A stretch of DNA of 61,956 nucleotides, counting the filler, from Sluysia triapertura (taxonomy: Eukaryota): NCBI GenBank assembly GCA_046118255.1. It is 5 parts of 5 records of this genome, joined end to end, with 100 filler letters (N's around TTAATTAATTAA, not from the genome) between each part and the next. Parts side by side here need not be neighbours in the genome. Positions count along the whole stretch, not along the records: positions 49,406 to 61,956 come from JBJNIA010099769.1; 4 more parts are not named here. The stretch is one strand, 5' to 3'. Position 1 is the first letter of the stretch, and the number at the start of each line of letters is the position of its first letter. A model generated the notes under the pieces. It was not told the DNA's origin. It did not search any database and saw only the letters and a program-made list of their open reading frames with translations. Positions 52,197 through 61,956 of this stretch are shown here, piece by piece. The translations under genes were made by a program, and so were the position numbers.

Positions 52197-53599
52197 ACAA
52201 AATTTTAATATTTATTTTATGAGATTAAAAATAATATGAATAATAAATTGTGATCCAATATTAAATAATAATTCATTCATAATAATATAATATAATAAAG
52301 GTAATTAAAAGATAAAAATAGTATGTTGGCTGATATTAAATAATTTCATGCATAAATGTATAATTTTATTTTATTATAAATCGTATGTATAATTTTAGTA
52401 TTATAAACGTAGTCAATTTATTGAAGGGGAATTTTATTATTAACAATAATTTTATTTAAACAATTTTATTAACCGAAATTTTATATAAACTGAATTATAT
52501 ATTAATAATAAGTTTATTGAATTTAAAAAATTATGACAGAATTAAATATTATCTTGTATAAATACGAGATATTGGTTATCAATAAGCAAGATTTTAATAC
52601 GATATTCGATACTATATATATTCATCTGGAATAAAACAATAACACAATAAAGGTTATTATTTAATCTCGGTCGATACTAAATATAGATCAATTAAAATTC
52701 TGTTTGTAAATTTTTCTTATAAATTAGTAAATTTTAATTTGTTACCTAATAATATCTTATGACCATTAATGATACCAACATTTATTTGTGTACTTATTTG
52801 TTTAACATTTTTTTCGTTTTGGTTTGAATAAAAGTATTTGATTAATTTGTTTATTTAGTTTTTTATAAAACAAAGATGATGAGTTGGAGAATAAGATTGG
52901 AAGAGTTAAAATTGTATTATTTGATCCAGTACTTCTAACTCTAACAGCGGAAACGAGTATCGAAATCATTCTCTGATCTAAAAAGGTATTTAACTAGTTA
53001 AATCTGTTATATTATACATCAAATCAATTTATGGAGAAAATCGAAATTAAATGTAAAAAGTTCAGCAAACTTATAATTAGAATTCCATATTTAGTGAAGA
53101 ATTATAAAGGTTAAACTTTAAGATATTTTTGATATAGGTAGCATTCATAATAGCAATCAGTATAAATAAAGTCATCCGTTTTTACATAGAATATATGATC
53201 AAAAATTTATGAGGAAATATAAATTAAAAGTCCCTAAGTTTGATATCATTAAGAGTAAATTTTAAAAGGAATTAAAGACTAACGTCGAATCAACACGTGA
53301 GACTGATTAAAACAAACTTATTATTATCCATTTAATGTTGCTTTATGTTTTACTATTGTTATATTTAGTGATTTTATGTTTAATACGCTATTAATTAGAT
53401 TAATAAGCATTATATACTTTTAAAACGCTTATCTTTATAAAAGTGGACTTAAGGTCCTTGATAATATAAAGTGAACTCTATATATTACGCGACTTATAAA
53501 AACAACAATAATAGATAAAATAACAAACATTGTTCATTTGATAATACAAGAGATCACGTACACTTTGAAAAGTCAAACCTCGGTAATAAGCAACGTCTC

Positions 53600-54290
53600 C
53601 AGCAACACAGCATATAGGTTCCGATAGATTCTCCGAGCGATCCTACTGTCTCATAAACAACCTAGTTACGAACTTTTCGATACTACCTAACGCATCTACG
53701 CTAAAGTTTGATAACTTAAACGATTCTAAATAAAACAATCCTTAATCGTCCAAAGGTTTGCTACACGAAAATACATTTCTTTTCTTTCAAGACTTCACAA
53801 GCATATACTCTTTTAGCTTCTAATTCACGTGAATTCAAATTTAAAATTGTAACTAGTCTGTGTTTTATTTCTTAAAGACGGTACAGCTATCTTTTATAGG
53901 AATCTTATAATTAATTAACTTAATGTTACTCGATGTACTTAGTGTCTGACGTGTGGCTACGCCCCTCGCAATTGTTGTCAAATATGCAACAGACTTTACA
54001 CATTTTGCTCTAACTCTTTGTCTGAAACTTTCGAAAAAAGAGACAAGGAAATTCAGTAAATAATACACTTAGAGAACGCTCATATTAATATTTTAAATTA
54101 TCATGTCTTAAACTATCTTGCAAAATAAGCAATTTGATGCGTACAGCTTGATTGTTTAACGTACAACAAATATAATCAACAATTTTACAAAACACTCCTC
54201 TAACTGGTTGAGAATAATTTTCAAAATTACTGACATCTCTAAAAGTATTTTTAATTAGTCTAGAACCCTTCACGGATTCCATTCTGAGAA
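53600..54290 (-). mobile_element. Probable Gypsy protease/RT-junction relic
   Basis: VRGVFCKIV...RIKLLIL followed by LFTEFPCLF and AKCVKSVAYL; weak resemblance only. Confidence 0.35.
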
Positions 54291-56764
54291 AATTTTAGTC
54301 TTTAAAAACATCAACGTTGAGAAATGTCTCATCTCTAACAACGTTAATTCTGAGAATTGTTTCGTCTCTAACTATGTTGTAATCTATTCTAAATCTATTT
54401 AAAACTTGCATAGTAAAACTCATAATATTTGAAATTCAAGTCTCAATATCTGAGCAGTAATACGAATATTTGTTTATTTTTAGCTAATTCGAAAATCGTA
54501 ATAAAATATATGAAAAATAATAAATTGTAATAAAATATGATTATAAAATTGAAATTAAAATTAAATTATAATAAAAACAATAAAATGAAAATAAACGAAA
54601 ATTAGGACTATATTGTAATGCGGGAGTAATCACGTGTTCAATCAAAAAGAATTTGATTTATTAATTAATGTAATTTTTAATTAACGTATAAATTTTAAAT
54701 TAAAATACTTTTTATTTTTAATTAATATCTATTTTTTAGTAAAAACGTAATTTTTAACAAAAGGACAACTTTTACCAAAAACATAAATTTATTACGCAGA
54801 ATTTAGAGTCCTAATTGTTCTAAAATGTTGGTACATCAGTAAAAATTTAAAAAATGATAACTGATAATGGCGATGATGAGGATTCATACAAAAAGCATAA
54901 TATTTACGTATTTAGTTATTACGATTTGATGTAATTGATTTTATTTTAATTACAATATTTTGTGATGTGACGTTTTATAATTCATGAATAATGTGTGTTT
55001 ATTTTGTGTAATATAATTGCTGGTAAATTTAACGGTTAATAACTTAAATATATTTGTGCAGGATTTTTGTATTAAGTAAGTTGAAGTAGTGATATGTAGA
55101 AAATATTTTAAATGTTATTGATTCATTTAGTGCTATCAATGGTTTGAATCATAATTAGAAGAAACTGTTTTATTAATTATGTGTATCTTCAGATATACAC
55201 AGAACTTGAAATCAATATAAAATACTATGAAAAGAACAGAACTAATAACTGAATTGATAAAATTAAATTGAAAAACAATGAAAATCAGAATATAAAAGTA
55301 CCTAAAATCGATGTCATACAGATTCAAAAATCAAATTGAAGAAAATATTAATAGTATTGGCAATACTGCAAAACTAATTATTCATTCATTGATAAATAAT
55401 AATGGATATTATAATATTTGTCAAGAAAGACAGAATAAAACTAACGTCAGTTTAATAGGATAACAAATAAATAATAACGATAATAATAAATAATGATAAT
55501 ACAAATATAGTATTAACAAAAAGATAACATTAATGAAACAATATTAATAACAGATAATAATAATAATAATAACAATAATAATAATAATAATAAATATAAT
55601 GACAACCAATTAAAATCAAACCTAGTTTGGTTTTCCAAGAAAAATCAAACTAGTCATAATTGCAGTATAAATAAGAGCCACTTACTACATATAATCGCAA
55701 GAATTATTTACAAAAATAATTGGTAAGTTATTTGAAAGCAGAATTGTTAACACAAAAAATATCATTGGCGAAAAAACCATTTTAAAAAACAAAAATCATT
55801 GTAATAATTTTGAGAACTGAATTCTCTACAAAAGTGATAATTGCAATCAATTAGACAGGCATAAAAATTTTTTTGTTTTGCACACAAAGCGACTTACCTT
55901 TATCAATTATAGGTTATCCCACATTTACTGTGGTTCACAATGGATGCAATCTACTTATTGTTAAGTTAATTGTATACTTATCTATAGGTAAATTCATTTA
56001 TAAATATAATATTTAATAAACTCATCTATTGTCTATAAGTAATTAGAATTCATAGATTTATTATATAAGAATTGACCAATGTAGTGACCTCCAGATCAAC
56101 TCATATCAATCACAAACACTAACACAAATCAACACATCTTACATAAACAAGTTATTAAATAAATTACAACACATCAAACTACTACATGCAAAACACAAGC
56201 ACAGTCCTAATAATGTTATAATCACTCAGATCTTGCATATTTTTATCGTTGTTGCAAAATATGGATCGTTCTTTTTTTGTATGTCAGTATGTTTCCATAT
56301 ATATATATATATCCCTATTCTTGTTACTAGTATTTTTATCACTACTATTATTGTTATTATTTCCATTAATACCACTAAAAGTGAATTTTATCACTAATTT
56401 TACTGTTATTATTTCTACTAATATTACTCAAATTGCTTAGAATAAGTCATTCATTATAATACTTCTGAAAACAGAAAGAACTATATTTTTAAGTACTTCA
56501 AAATTACCTCTAAATAACAAAAATAAGTATTCTAAATAGCTTAAATTAAATTATTCGTTATGCTTCTGAAATAGAAAGAACATAAATTAAATACTCAAAT
56601 AAATAAATCATTCACTACAATATTTCTTAACTTAATTATAATTTAATTTAATTAAACACAATTTATATTGTACGTCAATAACTTGTAGTTAATGGAAATA
56701 AAATTCATATTTTTATTAATTTAATTTTATTTGAATTTTTAAAATTTATCTTTACCAAAAATAG

Positions 56765-57700
56765 ATGCAATAAAAATCTTTTTTATGATTTTTATGATTG
56801 GAGTCATCAATCTGGGATATGTATTATATTATGATGATAAATGTAATGACAAAGTTACATAGAGAAAACCTTCAAACAATTCATGGCTGTATATTTAGAA
56901 ATAAAATAAGTTTTCAAACGCGCCCTATGGTAATTACTAAATATGAAGATAACAATAAAACGGTTGCAAGCAAAAGATTTTATAAGAAACTTACTCAAAA
57001 TTTTAATTTGAAATGTAATCTTATTAAAAATGTAGAATTTACAAAAAATATTGAAACTTCAGGCCAATATGATGTACATGTATTTCAATGTGATCTTGAT
57101 TTGAATTTTGCAAATAATTTCATTAAAGAAATTCCGAATGTAGATGATCCTAAATTACAATTCTCTATCGCTGGCACAATATTATGGAAAGATAAAATTT
57201 TGATTGTACCAACACTAACACGAATTAGTTGTAAAAGTCAATGTCTTAACATACCTATTAATGTGACCATTGATAATAATCAACTTGGCAAATGTTTACA
57301 CGAATACTGTATTAAAAAATCAAATATTACTAAAACATTAATATGTTCATTTGAAAATATTGATAAAAATAAAGCAACTTTAGTATTTGAACCTATTCTT
57401 GATATAAAATTAAAGTTAGTAGATTTAATGAAAGTGAAATAAAACGATTTGGTGCAGGTGAAACTGTCAGGTGTTTTTATATGAAACCATATTCGAAAGT
57501 TAAACTGAAAATTTTTGTGTATAGATTAAATGAAACTAATAATAAAGTATCTCTTAATAAAGGAGCTAGTGAAAGATATACTGTAAAGATATAAAGACGA
57601 TTTACCAGCTAAATATTATTATGAATGTTATGTATGATTAAATGATAACGACCCAGAAGCAAAATTCCTACATGAAGAAGGAAATTTAGAATTTTGAACT
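56765..57700 (+). pseudogene. Decayed secreted/surface protein gene with Cys-containing, Ig-like repeats
   Basis: Hydrophobic leader IFFMIFMIGVINLGYV frameshifted into a ~200-aa open frame (56798-57442). Continues with frameshifts to ETVRCFY...YYYECYV*LNDND. Confidence 0.5.
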
Positions 57701-58494
57701 CAAATTAACGGTTGTTTGAGGCGAAATTATCTAAAGTACAAATATAAATATACCAAAACAATTTTGCACAACATTTTACTTTAGAAGACATAATTGAAGA
57801 AATAGTTCAGGATGAAATTATGGATGAAACTGATTTATTTGTGGACGATAAACTCATTTACGAATGAAATGACGACAAGGAGTATAATTTAAGTCACCAG
57901 TTGCGTCAAGCTGATATGGTTTATTTAAAAACTTTTAACATACTCAAAATGAACAAATTCGACGTCCGAATATTGATTTTATTTATATATTGTCTAATCC
58001 CGTCGAGTGCATCGATTCTTAATGATGAAACCGGTTTGATACTTAATAACATTTTTGGAGTGATTGTGTGTTACCTCGTTAATATAAAGTTTAAATCTTA
58101 TTTTGTTAGTTTAATTGCATCGTTCACAAAATTGATATTTCGCTTTGTAAAAAGCCTTAAGCCGAGATTAAATTGTCTAAAATTACACGTCATTAAATTT
58201 CGAAAAAATTACAAAGTAATTATTCATCCAAAATAGTATTCAATTCAAATTACAAAAATCTAAAATACAAAAAAGACAAGGATTTTATATAACAGAATTA
58301 TTTTAGATAGGTTTAAATTTTAACAAGAAATAGAACTTAAACTAATTTTTACAATATTATTAAAACAAAAATGAATAAATGAAAGCTAAAACAAAAAACA
58401 AATATTACACCAGAAAATTAAATAATGTGTAGACAACACTGGACATACATGGAATAAAAACATTGTAGAATAAATTAATTTTATTCTTTATTTA

Positions 58495-59060
58495 GAAAAA
58501 TTAGCAATAATATGAAGTTGAATTCAATTCAGTAATAAAAACTTTTGTACTCCAAAAAAGAAGCATTCAATAAATTAAGCAGTCCAATAGTATGCAACTG
58601 TCGCAGAAAATCGTCGAAAATTAAATAACTTCGTGATTTTACATAGAATACAATAGAGAAATTAAATAAAAAATTGTATATTCATAAACACCAGAAAGAA
58701 ATAATAAGGCGAAGGTAAGAATCCACCATTGCACTTAATTAGCATCCAGAAGAAATCACGGATTAAACGCAAGTGCCAATAAAACGCATAAAACCTTTAA
58801 AATGTGAATAGCAAGAAACAAACAAATACTAACTAGCAAAGCGACTATAAAAAATTGTACGAGCTCGATACTAAATACAGTATCAGAAAAGAAACCACTA
58901 CCAAAGAAAACGAATGCAAAGCAATGGTTTGTACTGCGACAAACCTCAAAAAAAGTTCTTGTAAATGTAAATCGATTGTGCAATTATTATAGAGCGAATT
59001 ATACTTGTAATAAATATAACAAATATGTTTGTGCAAGTGTTCATCTAAGTTGACATTTAT
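58495..59060 (-). pseudogene. Disrupted multi-pass membrane protein coding segment, family unknown
   Basis: TTTTACAG acceptor at 59061. Several hydrophobic stretches in one frame, interrupted by stops (FFIVALLVSICLFLAIHIL; WWILTFALLFLSG). Confidence 0.3.
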
Positions 59061-59111
59061 CTGTAAAATAAATGTTAAATACATTTTATAAAACCAATAA
59101 ATAAAACTTAC

Positions 59112-59322
59112 ACACGATCTTTGAATCCCTTAAAGCATGCATTTCCTCCTGTAAGAATTATATTCTCATAACAACCAACTTTATCAAAATCAGGTAATAA
59201 TTCATTAAGAATATAGGCGCTACCTTCAGATACTCCCATTTCACAATATCCGACATCTGATGGATGGAATAGAATCTCCGGAATACAAAACCTCTCATTA
59301 TTTATTTGAATTGAGTACTGAT
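59112..59322 (-). CDS. ACTR6: Actin-related protein 6 (ARP6), single internal exon
   Basis: NNERFCIPEILFHPSDVGYCEMGVSEG...YENIILTGGNACFKGFKDRV matches ARP6 ([26 protein letters not shown]...NIVLTGGNSLFPGFRDRV). CAG acceptor and GTAAG donor. Confidence 0.88.
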
Positions 59323-60059
59323 CTGAATTTATTAACCAAATTGAGAATTGTAAAAACATGAGATACAATAATCAGTTAAATCATAAAATCACTATTAACA
59401 AAAATTACTAAATTTTTACTTTTTCAATTTGATATATTGTCAAAATTTCATTGAAATTTTATTTAAATAAAAAAAACAATTTGACAAGTTAAAATTGGTA
59501 TTATTAAAGATTTTAAGGTATCTTCATAATCAGAAATACATTATTCGAAACATAATAAAAAAACCATTTAGCATTTTTAAAATATTTTTATTTTCTATAT
59601 ATAAAAATGAAATTTCAATACTTTCCATTTTTGTACCATAATTTTACAATTTTTACTAGATTATGCGTAAATATAAATAAAAGTATTGTAGATAATTATT
59701 ATTAAAATTATTATTTAAAAAGTACATATAAATTGTTATTAAAATTATTTCAAAAGTACATAATTTCAAAAATACAAATAGATAAAACTGTTAATTATCT
59801 AAATTCAGACTAATTTATCTAATAAAAAAAATACAAAGTGTAAAAACATAAATTATTTATCTAATTGTAAAAAACATAATTAAAAATTATCTACATTTAT
59901 CTACAATCAAAATAATTATTTGAAATTAATTTAATTTTTAATCTTTTAATTTATCTGCTAATACGTAGTAAAAAACATTAGTATAAATAGTCTACGGTTA
60001 TTGAGGATTCTCACAATAATATTTGAACACAAAAAATAATTTTGAATTTTTCTTCAACA

Positions 60060-60690
60060 TATTTGGATAGAATTTGTCGTGAAACGATTTACTTGGAGAA
60101 TAATTTACTTGGGAATTATCGATTTGGAAAAAGAATTATTGATTCGATTGGACCAGTTTGTTGCTCAGAGAAAAATTCATTGGACCAGTTTTCTTTATAA
60201 CCGTAAGCTATTTTTGTTAGGTTTTCATACAGTAATACACTGTATCAAAATACACTTAAATTATTATCTGATTTAACACACCCAAGTATTCACCTGGGTT
60301 AAAATCATTTTTTAAAATCATTAACATTCTTTAAGAGAAATCTTAAATTATTAAATTAATTATTATATATTATCAGTTTTTTTATAACACTTCTCTGTAT
60401 TATTATTTCTCTGTACACCATTATTGTATTAATAAACCTTCATAGAGTACGACAGTACTACATTTACGATTTTTGATTTATTTTGATTAGAATAAAAGTT
60501 AGAATTATTTAAAGGTGAAGAACACAGATAGAAAGATACCCTCCATTTTAGATATTAAGGAACACTTTTCGTAGTTTTTTTGACATACCTATAACTAAGT
60601 CTTCCGTGGCATATAAAACTTAGATTATAGGCGAACCCAGTTAGCATAAATTCATAATTGTCATATAAGTTTTTAAGTAAAATCTGAACA
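60060..60690 (+). mobile_element. LTR-like dispersed repeat, copy B
   Basis: Collinear with 24960-25730. Confidence 0.7.
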
Positions 60691-61159
60691 GGATTAACTT
60701 CAGAATCACCGATTGCATTTGTCGGAGGACCCATTTGGCCATTTTTTACAAAATTATCGCGATCAACTGTATCTGAACATTAATTGACGAAAGCTTCTGT
60801 TCTTTTTTGATTTAAATCATTTGGTAAACAAATAAGTATATTGTAAACAGTTTCTTTATTCCTTGCAATATACACAAATATGTGCAATATACATATACAC
60901 AATAGGTGCATTATAAGTTGTATCATATATTCTGATTTCAGTATCCGTTGCTTTAGTAATTTTGATATCTTTATTCCAATATATTCCAGTTTTAGAAATT
61001 TTTGTATCAGAACTTTATTCTCTCCGAAACTAATGTCATCAGTTCCTACATAAATTATAGCGCAATTATTGAAATAAGAATAATTATTAGATAATTGTTT
61101 AGCCGCACATTTCACCATTGTTTAACACCATTTGCATCACTTCCATCCATCAAAGAAAG

Positions 61160-61700
61160 TTAAAGACCAATAAAACTATATTTTTGTCTTAATTTACAAT
61201 TTGGGTTTGCGATTAGGTTAAGTACATCTATCACTGGCTTCAGATGTATTTCCTCATCCCAACCATACACATTTGAGTAAAGTTTATATTGATTAACAAA
61301 ACTCGATAATGTGTCTGGATTTCCGTCGAATAATTCCGATGGAAGTACGAAAGATTGTGCTGGATCGATATTCATTTCTCATTTTCTTATGCTTTTGACA
61401 TAATATTAAATCTGAAATTATAAACTTATGTTTTTGATTAAAAAAATCTATATCGTAATAATAAAACTTTACTTGGGGCACCAAATTTATGTTGTGTCTT
61501 TTAATACTTTTATTTCTCCAAATTATTAAATTAAAACTCAATAACTTGTTCGATTTTCTACTTCTTAAAGAACAATTATAAGAATTCTTAAACTGGGTTC
61601 GCCTACGATAAACGTTTTATCTTATATGAAAGGACGTTTCCGTAGGATTTTAACGTATTAAAAACCTGAAGGTCAAAAAACTAAGAGTGACAACGTTACT
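61160..61700 (-). mobile_element. LTR-like end plus PBS-like motif (copy C), followed by the start of a gag-like ORF
   Basis: TAGGCGAACCCAG on the minus strand at 61605-61593, then ORF MNIDPAQSFVLPSELFDGNPDTLSSFVNQYKLYSNVYGWDEE with the Gypsy gag-like F-D-G...F...Y...W pattern. Confidence 0.65.
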
Positions 61701-61956
61701 TTATGAAATTTTATTTATTTCGATACTCAAAAAATCAATGGTGAATTCAAGAACGTTAATTGACGAAGTTGCTTTAAATAATCTGATCCCTTAAATTCTT
61801 AAATCAAAAAATTGAAATGTTAATAATAAATTTTATAAATGCTCAAGCGTACGTGACAATTTATTTAAACGCAGTTTGCTAAATGATCTTTTAAGTGAAT
61901 CTTTTCTAAATATCTCAATTAGTCAATGTAATACGAAGTTAAGTAATTCTTTAATA

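Noticed and set aside
56765-59060. Alternative genetic code or genome-wide stop-codon recoding to explain the many interrupted frames
   Set aside because: KCNQ, DNAI1 and ARP6 exons are clean in the standard code, and KCNQ and DNAI1 end in TAA. The broken genes need mixed +1, -1 and nonsense repairs, which is typical of pseudogene decay.

Overview
This window is eukaryotic (animal) genomic DNA, not a prokaryotic locus. It is an artificial concatenation of five scaffolds (about 1-10801, 10902-21891, 21992-36365, 36466-49305, 49406-61956) joined by 100-bp N44-TTAATTAATTAA-N44 spacers, so adjacency across spacers is meaningless. Scaffold 1 is much more GC-rich (roughly 40-45% by eye). It holds a ~3.1-kb inverted duplication (1986-5067 / 7616-10801) carrying an internally deleted RTE-type LINE that inserted, with a 16-bp target-site duplication, into a 19-bp minisatellite. 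Scaffolds 2-5 are very AT-rich (roughly 20-25% GC by eye). They contain spliced 3' parts of a dynein intermediate chain gene (DNAI1-like) and a KCNQ channel gene, one ARP6 exon, and a PDE4 UCR1 module with no visible catalytic domain. They also contain decayed Ig-like and secreted-protein genes and many transposon relics (Gypsy, piggyBac, pogo/Tigger, hAT and TTAA MITEs, LINE fragments, a tRNA-derived element). I found no convincing novel multi-gene system. The best leads are the stand-alone PDE4 UCR1 joined to an unknown ORF at a tightly pinned +1 AAA-TAA junction, the fold-back RTE duplication, and an LTR-like repeat family with a covarying hairpin and an atypical PBS-like motif. All calls are by eye and from recalled family motifs; no searches were run.
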